Assembly (NCBI GenBank): GCA_947167695.1
Contig: CAMVIX010000001.1
Span: forward strand, 8,680 to 72,679
Length of the DNA stretch: 64,000 bases
Source: an uncultured Clostridiaceae bacterium
GTDB taxonomy: Bacteria; Bacillota; Clostridia; TANB77; CAG-508
Direction: 5' to 3'
Shown: piece by piece, positions 1 to 9,500 of the stretch
Layout of the letters: each line of letters starts with the position of its first letter
How positions within the stretch are numbered: the first letter of the stretch is position 1
Notes under the pieces: generated by a model
The model's database searches: none
Told to the model about the DNA's origin: nothing
The model's input: the letters and a program-made list of their open reading frames with translations, nothing else
Position numbers and translations under genes: made by a program

Positions 1-121
1 AACAAAAATACAATTATTAATATTCTACTCCACTTATTCATCAAATTTTTCTCCTACCTAAAATAAACTATTATATATTTTACCACATATAGCTTGATTC
101 TACAATGTTTAGATTCTTTAC

Positions 122-688
122 TTATTTAGTTATTCCTCTTATAACTGTTTCAATATAGCTTTTGTAAATCTGTTCTGCTGTTACATTACTTTCCTGTTTA
201 ATTCTATAAAGAATACTTGAAAAGTTTATTCCAAAAATTCCTATTGCAATTCCTTCTGAATCCCCTTCATAAAATATACCCTCTGAAATTCCTTCATCTA
301 TTATCTCTTTTATTTTGCTTACATATTCATACACAGCTGCTTGACATTTTTTGGTGCGTGATGTTTCTCCTATTGTGTTGTTTATTATTACCGTTACAAA
401 ATCTTGGTATTTTACTATAGATTTTATTTGTACCATTATAAGAGCTTTTAATTTTTCTAGCGCATTTTCGCAATGCCTTGATTTTATTTCTATGCTATTG
501 TTTAAAAGCTTTGCTCCTTCTTCTAGTAACATATCAAAAAGCTCCTCTTTAGTCTCAAAATGATAATAAAGTGAGCCTTTTGCCACTCCCGCAACAGCAG
601 TTATTTCTTCTATACCAGTGCTTTCGTAGCCTTTCTCTGCAAATAGCTTTATAGCTGTAGTAAAAATTCTTCTTTTTGTTTTATTCAT
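122..688 (-). CDS. TetR/AcrR family transcriptional regulator
   Basis: 188-aa ORF with an N-terminal TetR HTH (FTTAIKLFAEKGYESTGIEEI...GVAKGSLYYHF). Confidence 0.8.
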   Translation of the reverse strand: MNKTKRRIFTTAIKLFAEKGYESTGIEEITAVAGVAKGSLYYHFETKEELFDMLLEEGAKLLNNSIEIKSRHCENALEKLKALIMVQIKSIVKYQDFVTVIINNTIGETSRTKKCQAAVYEYVSKIKEIIDEGISEGIFYEGDSEGIAIGIFGINFSSILYRIKQESNVTAEQIYKSYIETVIRGITK

Positions 689-759
689 CTTGCTTCCAAC
701 CTTTCGCCAATATTATAGCATATTATTCATTCTAATGGAAGTAAAGTTTGTAAATTTTA

Positions 760-783
760 GGGTACAGGATTTATCCTGCACCC
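760..783. repeat. GGGTACAGG-ATTTAT-CCTGCACCC hairpin, a variant of the GGGGACAGG palindrome family
   Basis: Inverted repeat read directly; near-identical copies at 2855 and 63915. Confidence 0.6.
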
Positions 784-793
784 TTGACTTGTT

Positions 794-933
794 TAGACGA
801 AATATAGCAATTTTTCGGTTCAACTGCGGACGCTCCGCTATTTTTCGCAATCAACTTTGGACCAGGTTTTAACCTGCTCCAAAGTTGTGCGAAAAACACC
901 TCGTTTCACCTGCAAAATTCTATATTTCGTCTA
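794..933 (-). mobile_element. MITE-like ~140-bp element, copy A, with terminal inverted repeats TAGAYGAAATATAG
   Basis: About 90% identical to the reverse complement of 30670-30811. The ends are inverted repeats of each other. The central hairpin CTTTGGAGCAGGTTAAAACCTGGTCCAAAG differs from copy B by compensatory changes. A possible 5-bp TTGTT target-site duplication flanks it. Confidence 0.55.
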
Positions 934-986
934 TTGTTATATATAACATTATCCCATCTCCAAAATGTGAAAATTCAGTCAAATAT

Positions 987-1012
987 GGGGACAGGTTTAT
1001 AAACCTGTCCCC
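987..1012. repeat. GGGGACAGGTTTATAAACCTGTCCCC palindrome
   Basis: Perfect hairpin; family members at 16441 and 40122. Confidence 0.6.
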
Positions 1013-1094
1013 ATATTTGCTGAATTTTCAAGCAAAAATAGATTTTCCTTATACATCAAGTAACGAATAGGATAAATCCTGTCCCAGTTACTCA

Positions 1095-2832
1095 CTAACT
1101 TTTGCTTAAAATTTTCTTAATTTCATCATTTCTCTTAACTTTTTTTGTAGTAGTTTTTATTAACTCTTCATGCGATACTATAAGTTTCTTTATGTGTTTG
1201 TATTTTGGGAATTTATTATTCAAAGCTTTTATTTGGTTCCACACTTCAAGTTTTAATTCTCCTTCTGTTAAATTACTGTATTTTTCTTTTATTACTTCCT
1301 CATCATAAACTATTTTTACTGCAAGCATTATGTCGTTTTCATCTTGTTCTTTTGGCTCTCCAAAAACTATACATTCACTAACAAGGTCTAATCCATTTAC
1401 AAGTGTTTCCATTTCTTCTGGAAATACCTTTTTACCATTTTTTAATACTATCAGATTTTTACTTCTTCCAGTTAAAAACAAAAAACCATCTTTATCAAAA
1501 TAACCTAGGTCACCTGTATAAAACCAACCGTCTTTTAAACATTCATTTGTAAGCTCTGGCATTTCATAATAACCAAGCATAATGTTTGGTCCTTTAACAC
1601 GTATCTCTCCAATTCCATTTTCATCTTTGTTCACCACTTCAAGGGTATCATTTATCATTGGGAAACCTACTGAGCCAATCTTCCTTTTCTTTTTACATTC
1701 TGCCGCAATTACAGGCGCTGTTTCACTTAACCCATAACCTTGAAGTGTTATTATTCCTAAATCGTTAAACCCTTTTGTAGAAACTGGTTCTGCAGCGGCC
1801 CCGCCTGATATTACCAATCTTAGTTCTCCGCCTAAGCCATCTAGAATTTTCTTAAACAGCTTTCTCCTTACATCAATATGAAGCTTTAGTAAAAAATTAC
1901 TTATTTTGGTTGCTATTTTAACCATTTTTGTCTTACCTTGCTTCTCCACTTCTTTTACAATTGCCTTGTACATTGCTTCTATAAGAACTGGTACACCAAC
2001 AAATAGCGATACTTTGTATTCTTGCATATTTTGTTTTATGTACCTCAGCCCGTCTGGAAATGTGTTTCTTACTCCGCATGCAAGCATTAAAATAATACAG
2101 GTGGAGCCAAATATATGATGGAACGGAAGAAAGGCTATATTTGTGTCTGTACTTTGTATGTCCTCTACGCACTTAAGCGCGTGTACATTTGATGCAATAT
2201 TCTTTTGAGATAGCATTACAGCTTTAGACTTATCTGTAGTGCCAGATGTAAATAATAGTACACTCATACAATCGCTATCTACTTTGTAGTTTACATATTC
2301 GTTTTCTCCGCTTCTTTATCAGCTCATTTCCTCTATCTATAAGCTCTGCTATTTTTCCCGTCATGCATATATAATCTTTTACATTTGTATTGTTTCTTTG
2401 CTTTATTTCTTGCATAAATTCTTCTAGTTTATCATCATATACTATTGCATCTGCCTTGCTCCTTACAAGAGAATTTTCTAATTCTTCTAGTTGCAAATCT
2501 TTATCAAGTGGAATTGAAACAATTCCACCCATTACATTAGCTAGGTGCGAAAGCACCCACTCATATCTGTTTTTGCCAATTATTGCTATTCTCTTTCCCT
2601 TAAATCCTAGGTTATATAAAGCCGTACCTAGTGCATTTATATCTTCTAAGAGCTTTTTATAGCTAATGTTTGTATAATTAACCTTTCCATCTTCTTTTGT
2701 TTTTATTACAAATGCTGTGTTTTCTCCATATTCTTCAGCTGAGTTAAATATAATTTCCTTAATGTTATCAAATTCCTTTGGATTTCTAAATTTTAGGTCT
2801 TCCATAAAGCTACCACCTTTCTCTTCCAGCAA
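1095..2832 (-). pseudogene. Long-chain fatty-acid-CoA ligase (AMP-binding, FadD-like), interrupted by a +1 frameshift in an A4 run near 2285-2300
   Basis: ORF 2275..2832 is the N-terminal part. ORF 1095..2267 starts at the AMP-binding motif LLFTSGTTDKSKAVML. The two frames rejoin if one A is removed from GGAGAAAACGAA. Confidence 0.6.
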
Positions 2833-2854
2833 CAGGATTTTCCCTGCTTTTTTT

Positions 2855-2878
2855 GGGGACAGGATTTATCCTGTCCCC
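2855..2878. repeat. GGGGACAGGATTTATCCTGTCCCC palindrome
   Basis: Perfect 9-bp-stem hairpin, identical to the copy at 63915 apart from one base. Confidence 0.6.
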
Positions 2879-2935
2879 ATTATTATATATTTATAAATTT
2901 AAAAAATCACTATACCCAGTGGTCAGTTTTGCTTA

Positions 2936-3805
2936 TTATAGCTCACATACATTTTTTATAATAGTATATGATGATTCATTTTGTTTTACATAATATCTGT
3001 GAAGTCTTGATAAATCAAGGGTATTGCTGTAATTAATCAAATCATCTGTTAAATTTTGTATAAACCCTGCTTGTTTCATCTTTTCTATTTGTTCCTCTGT
3101 ATAAGCTCCAAAAGGATATGTAAACACCTTGTTCTTTATTTTGCCTATATTTTTTTCTATGTTTTCATATGCTACGTTTACATCATTTATTAGGGTTTCT
3201 GGTGTTTCTTTGTTATAATATATATGAGTTCTTCCATGAGAATATATACTGATAAGTCCGCTACCTGCCATTTCTTTTGCCTGTTCCCAGTTAAAATAAT
3301 TCTCAGTTCCAACTTGATCATCTACTACATATATTGCTGCTGGAATATTATATTTTTTAAGTATAGGAAATGCATTTGTATAGTTGCCTATCCAGCCGTC
3401 ATCAAAACCTAAAAGTAGAGTTTTCTCCGTTATAGCTTTTTTTCCTTTGCTATACTCTACCAAATTGTCATAGCTAATAAATTGGTAGCCTTCATCTAGC
3501 AGACCTTTAAGTTGCTTTTCAAATTTTTTTGCAGTCGTTTGCATATAAAACTGGTCTCTTGTAGGCTCTTTATTAGGTATTTCATGATATATAAGAATTG
3601 GAATTCTTATATTCTTTTCGTCTTTATAGTACTTTTTATTTTGATCTATGTTTTGATAATAACCCGAAGTTTTTACAACCATAAATGATTTGAAATTTTT
3701 TAGCTCGTCATAAAGTCTTTTTATAAGTGGATTTTTGCCAATAAATAGCAATATAATAACCGCAATTGCTAATATGATAATTCCTAATACTTTAATTTTT
3801 TTCAT
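2936..3805 (-). CDS. Polysaccharide deacetylase (NodB/CE4 family), N-terminal transmembrane anchor
   Basis: NodB-like motifs (ILIYHEI, LLGFDDGW). The start is taken at MKKIKVLG to avoid overlapping dfx. Confidence 0.65.
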   Translation of the reverse strand: MKKIKVLGIIILAIAVIILLFIGKNPLIKRLYDELKNFKSFMVVKTSGYYQNIDQNKKYYKDEKNIRIPILIYHEIPNKEPTRDQFYMQTTAKKFEKQLKGLLDEGYQFISYDNLVEYSKGKKAITEKTLLLGFDDGWIGNYTNAFPILKKYNIPAAIYVVDDQVGTENYFNWEQAKEMAGSGLISIYSHGRTHIYYNKETPETLINDVNVAYENIEKNIGKIKNKVFTYPFGAYTEEQIEKMKQAGFIQNLTDDLINYSNTLDLSRLHRYYVKQNESSYTIIKNVCEL

Positions 3806-3809
3806 TTTA

Positions 3810-4184
3810 TTACTCCACATCTGTTTTCCATAGTCCATGTTTGTTGCAGTATGCATATACTCTCATACCTGGTTTATATTTGCAATGTGCTTTTGCTTCT
3901 TTTCCTGGTTTTAAATATTTGAATACTGTTTTGTTTTTATATGCAAAGGCAATCCATTCAATATAATGTTCTTCTTCCATTACGTGATTAACGGTAACAT
4001 AGATTTTCCCTTCTTTTGTTTCATAAGTTGGCACATGTTTTTCTGCACTTGCATCTACTGAATTTGGAACTAGCGTCTTCATTTCATCTCCGCAACACTG
4101 AATTCCACATGGGCAGTTACAGTCTTCCATAATATGTACTACTGCTCCGCATTTTGCACATTTTTTAATAATTAATTCTTTCAT
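3810..4184 (-). CDS. dfx: Desulfoferrodoxin (2Fe superoxide reductase)
   Basis: N-terminal desulforedoxin CxxCG...CC site and a C-terminal SOR domain (EKHVP..., HYIEWI, CNKHGLW), 124 aa. Confidence 0.8.
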   Translation of the reverse strand: MKELIIKKCAKCGAVVHIMEDCNCPCGIQCCGDEMKTLVPNSVDASAEKHVPTYETKEGKIYVTVNHVMEEEHYIEWIAFAYKNKTVFKYLKPGKEAKAHCKYKPGMRVYAYCNKHGLWKTDVE

Positions 4185-4224
4185 ATTTCTCCTCCTTTTT
4201 GATGTATTATATCATCTTAAAAAA

Positions 4225-4241
4225 GCGGGGACAAGCCCCGC
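4225..4241 (-). terminator. Intrinsic terminator GCGGGGCTTGTCCCCGC + U-run downstream of the htrA-like gene
   Basis: GC hairpin followed by TTTTTT on the minus-strand transcript. Confidence 0.55.
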
Positions 4242-4243
4242 CA

Positions 4244-5387
4244 CTATATTTTTTTAGACAAAATTACTTCTATCGTATACTCTCTATTATTCCTTACAAC
4301 GGTTAGCACGACCCTATCATCAGGACTTTTACTATAAATGTAGCTCCTTAGTTCACTCATTTTTTCTATTTTAGTATCGTCTATTTTGCAAATAACATCT
4401 CCAATTTTAACTCCTGCCTTGCTAGATGGTCCATCTAGTGCAACTTGCGCTACATATACTCCGGAGTCTAAATCTTGTTTTGATTCTATATAAGGAATAA
4501 CCTCCTTGTCATATCCAAATATACCTAAATATGCTTCTTCTACTGATTCGTTGTTTACTAATTTATTTACTATTGGCTTAATAATGTTTATAGGAATTGC
4601 AAATCCTATTCCTTCAGCAGATGTAATTTTTACCGAATTTATTCCTATTACTTCTCCATCTGCATTTATCAGTGGTCCGCCACTATTTCCGAGGGTTTAT
4701 TGTTGCATCTGTTTGTATTAGGTCTTCCATATAAACCTCTTGGCCATTTTCTTCTAGTTTAATAGTCCTATTTTTCGCACTTACTATTCCACCAGTTACT
4801 GTTCGTTGAAATTCAAATCCAATCGGATTTCCTATAGCATACACCATATCAGCTATTTTTACGTTTTCAGAATCTCCAAGTAGCACATATTTTAACCCTC
4901 TTGCATTAATTTTAACAATAGATAAATCTATTTCACTATCTGCCCATATTACGTTTCCACTATATGATTTTCCACTTTCTAGTGTAACATAACAAGTAGC
5001 ATATTTCCCACCTGATACGTGCTCGTTGGTTAGAATATATCCATTATCTGTTATAATTATTCCTGTGCCTAGTCCTAGCTGCGAATTTGCATCACTTAAA
5101 AATACTGTATTTCCTGTGCTTTTCAGTTTAGATATTCCAACAATACTGTGGCTTACATTCTCTATCATCTCACTAATTTCTTGCCCCTTTAATTTGCTTT
5201 CTGCTAAATTTCTATTTAAACTTACATTAGTCTCATTAACTTCTTCTTCAAATGGCTTTATTTCTATTCCTAGATACATGTTATGTAATAAAATACTGTC
5301 TACTGCAACACAAATTACAATTCCAAACAAACTTAAAATTCTCTTTAATTTTGGATGTTTTATTTCTTTTGGTTTATATCTGTACAT
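4244..5387 (-). pseudogene. HtrA/DegP-like trypsin-fold serine protease with a PDZ domain; frameshifted near 4683-4690
   Basis: ORF 4683..5387 contains TNEHV and ...GIVSA...IQTDATINP, then a stop. The unlisted downstream frame continues GNSGGPLINADGEVIGINSVKI..., then a PDZ domain, to a stop at 4244. A 1-nt deletion in the AAA run restores the frame. Confidence 0.6.
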
Positions 5388-5454
5388 AATATACCTCCAC
5401 TATATGGTTATTATTACCAAAAGTCTTCACTCTTAAACATTGTTTCACAACAGA

Positions 5455-5484
5455 TTGACATTTTGTGAATAAACATGCTATAAT
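5455..5484 (+). promoter_or_regulatory. Consensus sigma-A promoter (TTGACA-N18-TATAAT) driving a small RNA
   Basis: TTGACA at 5455-5460 and TATAAT at 5479-5484. There is no plus-strand ORF downstream. Confidence 0.6.
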
Positions 5485-5490
5485 GATAGT

Positions 5491-5577
5491 ACAATAAAAA
5501 GGAATAAGCATACGCTTATTCCCTTGGGTTTTGACTTGATGTTTCTCTTGGCGGGGTAACATCAAGTTCTTTTTTTG
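5491..5577 (+). ncRNA. Candidate ~87-nt antisense sRNA, putative type I antitoxin
   Basis: The transcript predicted from the promoter contains hairpin GGAATAAGC-ATA-CGCTTATTCC (5501-5522) and terminator hairpin ACTTGATGTT...AACATCAAGT + T9 (5534-5576). It is fully antisense to the 3' end of the 35-aa peptide gene. Confidence 0.45.
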
Positions 5578-5669
5578 TTATCTTGAAGCTGTATCCGTAT
5601 TAGGCCGCAAACAAAAACAAGAACTGATAAACATAGAAGCACAAATCCAATTCCAATTAATACGTCCAT
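5562..5669 (-). CDS. 35-aa hydrophobic peptide MDVLIGIGFVLLCLSVLVFVCGLIRIQLQDNKKRT, candidate type I toxin
   Basis: Not in the ORF track because it is under 60 aa. ATG at 5669, TGA at 5562-5564, and SD AAGGGGGTGG just upstream. It has a single transmembrane helix and a charged tail. Its 3' end overlaps the convergent sRNA. Confidence 0.5.
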   Translation of the reverse strand: MDVLIGIGFVLLCLSVLVFVCGLIRIQLQDNKKRT

Positions 5670-5774
5670 AGCACCACCCCCTTTACCATATAGTTAAATT
5701 TAACAATGTATACTTTTATACATTGCTAAATTAGGCCGTATGATGCCATGGGGTGAAGTCAAAACACTTATGTA

Positions 5775-5803
5775 ACATTATCACAATAAATATGTTTTGT
5801 CAA
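5775..5803 (-). promoter_or_regulatory. Candidate promoter (TTGACA-N17-TAATGT with extended TG) for the small-peptide mRNA
   Basis: Read on the minus strand. It would give a ~100-nt structured 5' UTR (hairpins at 5693-5704 and 5704-5725). Confidence 0.35.
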
Positions 5804-5825
5804 TATGTATATGCGAATTTTTGTT

Positions 5826-6461
5826 TTATCTTTTTAATTCTTTTCTGCATTCTTTGTAATTTGGCACGTACTTTTCTACTAAACTCCAGAATTCTTTAGA
5901 ATGATTCATGTGCTTTAAATGGCAAAGTTCATGTATTACTACATACTCAATTAGTTCTTCTCTTTTTTTGATTAGATTCAAGCTCAAAGTAATATTTCTT
6001 TTGCTAGAGCAACTTCCCCATGCTGAATGTATATCTCGTATTTTCCATGAGTCTGGAGCAAGTCCTGTTAGTTCCATCATCTTTTGTGTTGTTTTTGTAT
6101 ACTGCGTTAAAGCACATTTTTTATATAGATTTTTTATCAGTTTTTCTCTTTTCTCGGTGCTGTCTTTGCTGATGTAAATATAGGCTTTTTCGTCTTTAAT
6201 TTCTATGCAGTCTCTATTAGAATTGATTATATTAATTTCATATTTTTCTCCAAGTAGCTCAATATATTTCTCATTATCTTCGTTCTTTTCTTTTTGAACA
6301 TTTAAATGTTTGTTTATCCACTTTTCTTTATCTTTTATTAGCTTTTCTATTTCTTTTTGAGTCATCCTTTTGGGGACTCTAACATATACCTTACCATCTT
6401 TTATTTGTATATACATATTCTTTATGCTTTTTTTAACAATTATATAGTCCATTTCCTCCAC
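5826..6461 (-). CDS. DUF45 / SprT-YgjP-like HExxH metallopeptidase
   Basis: The C-terminal HELCHLKHMNHSKEFW motif is typical of the YgjP/DUF45 family. Confidence 0.6.
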   Translation of the reverse strand: MEEMDYIIVKKSIKNMYIQIKDGKVYVRVPKRMTQKEIEKLIKDKEKWINKHLNVQKEKNEDNEKYIELLGEKYEINIINSNRDCIEIKDEKAYIYISKDSTEKREKLIKNLYKKCALTQYTKTTQKMMELTGLAPDSWKIRDIHSAWGSCSSKRNITLSLNLIKKREELIEYVVIHELCHLKHMNHSKEFWSLVEKYVPNYKECRKELKR

Positions 6462-6493
6462 CCAAAAGAAATTATATCTTTTTTATTAAACTA

Positions 6494-6522
6494 TTGCAAC
6501 TATTTTACTCTTATGCTAAAAT
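6494..6522 (+). promoter_or_regulatory. Candidate promoter TTGCAA-N17-TAAAAT upstream of the NRPS
   Basis: Sequence match only; a second TGACATAAT extended -10 lies at 6533-6541. Confidence 0.35.
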
Positions 6523-6562
6523 AAACTTGAATTTTGACATAATATGTTTAAAGGTGATAAAA

Positions 6563-9500
6563 ATGGTGAAACAGTATTATAAATTAACCAACCCTCAAAA
6601 CTCAATTTGGCAGACCTGTCAGGTATTTCCTAATACATCTATTGGGAATATTTGTGGGACTGTTTTTATAGACGAGAAAATAGATTTTTCAGCTTTAGAA
6701 AAATCCATCAATAAATTTATAGAAAAAAATGATAGTTTTCGTTTAAAAATTGTAATTAACGGAGATGGTCCTAAACAATATGTAAGTAATTTTGTGCCTT
6801 TTAACATTGAAGTTAAAAAAATAGAGTCCGTAGAAGATGTATCAAAGCTGGAAAAGGCTTTAGTTTCATGCCCTTTTTCAGTAGTAGATAATCTTCTTTT
6901 TACGTTTGTAATGTTCGAATTTCCAAATGGTGAAGGTGGTTTTATTATGAATGCACACCACCTTATCGTTGATGCTTGGACTGTTGGTACTGCTCTTAAC
7001 GGAATTATTGAACATTATGAATATTTTACTGATAAACGCAAAGACGTTTCTGAAAGCTATCCATCATATGTTGACTTTATTAATTCTGAAAAAGAATATC
7101 TTGAAAGTGAAAAATATAATAAAGATAAAGAATATTGGGAAAACGCGTTTAAGCAAATTCCAGAATGTGCAACAATTACTGGTTCAAAACAGTCTATAAG
7201 CAATTCCTGCGAAGCTAAAAGAATGGAATTTAATGTATCTAAAAAATATGTTGAAAAAATTAATGAATATTGCAAAGAAAACAAAGCCTCTTTGTATACA
7301 TTCTTCATGGCTGTATATGGATTATATATTAATCGTGTGTCAGCATTAGACGATTTCACTATTGGCACACCTATTTTAAATAGAACCAATTTCAAAGAAA
7401 AACATACTACTGGAATGTTTGTAAGCACAGTTCCTTTTAAATACAATATAAAAAGTGATATAAGCTTTTCAGAATATCTCACTTACATAACTACAACCTC
7501 CCTGGGAATGCTTAGGCATCAAAAATATCCATATTCTCATTTGCTAGCAGGCTTAAGAGAAACAGATTCATCTATTCCTAACTTGTATGATGTTGCTATA
7601 TCATACCAAAATATTAGAAGTAATAAGCAAACAGCAAAAGTAAAATATCACACAAAATGGAACTTTAATAATTGTTTAGCCGATAACTTAAATGTACACA
7701 TATATGACACAGATGATACTGGAAGCCTTGATATTGCTTACGATTATAGAACTTCTATATATAGTGAAAATGATATTTCTATGCTTCACAAAAGAATTTT
7801 AAATTTAATCGAGCAAATTATAGAAGAGCAAAATACAAAACTTAGCGAACTTGAAATTGTTACACCTGATGAAAAAAATTCAATTCTACATGAATTTAAC
7901 AATACAAAACTTGACTATCCAAAAGGTAAAACGATAGTAGAACTTTTTGAGAATCAAGTAGAAAAAACTCCGAACAATATTGCTGTTGTGTTTGAAAATA
8001 AGCAATTAACATATGAAGAATTAAATAAAAAAGTAAATAGCTTAGCTCATTATCTAACAAAAACTGGTGTAAAGCAATATGATATTGTTCCTGTAATGAT
8101 AGATAGGTCTGCGGATTTAATCATTTCTATGCTCGCTATTATTAAAATAGGTGCAGTTTATTTACCAATATCACCAGAAGTGCCAGAAGAAAGGGCTTCT
8201 TATATAATTCGAAATAGCAAAGCAAACTATGTGTTGTCCCAAAAGGATCATCAATGGGGCAATGCAAAAACGGTAGTTATTACTAACGTTGATTATTCGA
8301 AATATAACAATAATAATCTAAATGTTGCAATAGACAATAAAGATAACTTGTACATCATATATACATCTGGAACTACCGGAAATCCTAAAGGGGTAAAAGT
8401 TAGTCATAATAATCTTGTAAACTTTGTATACAGTTTTAATTTTATATATGGAAATATAACCGACGAAGATAGACTTTTGGCATCTACAAATATTTCTTTT
8501 GATGTTAGTATTTTTGAGTGTTTTATGGCTTTATTAAATGGTGCCTCCCTTTACCTTTATGAAGAACCTAATATAAGTAACATATTTGACTATTGCAAAA
8601 ATATAATATCCAACGAAATAACTTTTGCATATATTGCACCTAATATTTTAGATCTTGTTTATAATGTTTTATCGAAAGAAAAAGATGTTAAATTAAATAA
8701 GCTTTTATTGGGTGTAGAACCAATACCATCAAATATTATAAAAAAATATTATTCTTTGAACCCAAATTTTAAAATAGTTAATGCTTATGGACCAACTGAA
8801 ACAACTATATGTGCAACAGCAATTTTATTAAATAAAGATATTTTAAATAGTTATGACATTGTGCCAATAGGAAAACCACTCAATAATTTAAACATATTAA
8901 TTTTGGACAAATTTATGAAATTAGCTCCAGTTGGTGTTCCAGGAGAAATATATATTGCTGGAGATAACGTTTCAAATGGCTATTTAAATAACGAAGAACT
9001 TACTGCCAAATCATTTGTATCAATCCCAACACTTGGTATTGATAGGGCTTATAAAACAGGAGACATTGCAAAATGGGATTATGACGGTATTATAAGCTTT
9101 ATTGGAAGAAATGATAATCAAGTTAAAATCAATGGCCATAGAATTGAGCTAGGCGAGATTGAGGCTTTAATTGCAAAGTTTCCAACAATTAAAAAGGTAA
9201 CTGTAATAAAACAAACCATAAATAAAAGGGACTGTTTATGTGCCTATTACATTTCAGAAGAAAAAGATATTACCAATAATCTTAAAAAATATCTTTCTGG
9301 GTATCTGCCAAAATATATGATGCCTTCATATTATGTTGCTTTAGATAATTTTCCATGCACAGCTAATGGCAAAATTGATAGAAAAAAACTACCACTGCCG
9401 GAAATTATAATGGAAAATAAGGAAATAGTTTTGCCTAGAAATGAAATAGATAGTAAATTAATCGATATATTTAAGAATGTTTTAGGCATAAATGCAATAA

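Noticed and set aside
1095-2832. Acyl-CoA ligase as lipo-initiation partner of the NRPS
   Set aside because: It is on the opposite strand and separated from the NRPS by five unrelated genes, and it is frameshifted, so linkage is unsupported.
5374-5565. 63-aa ORF on the minus strand
   Set aside because: It overlaps the sRNA and promoter region, has no RBS and an odd composition. The 35-aa ORF, with a strong SD, is the better coding candidate here.
6619-7482. ORFs 6619..6807(-), 6951..7199(+) and 7057..7482(-) inside the NRPS
   Set aside because: They are antisense or out-of-frame within a 7.5-kb gene with clear motifs, and their protein sequences are low-complexity.
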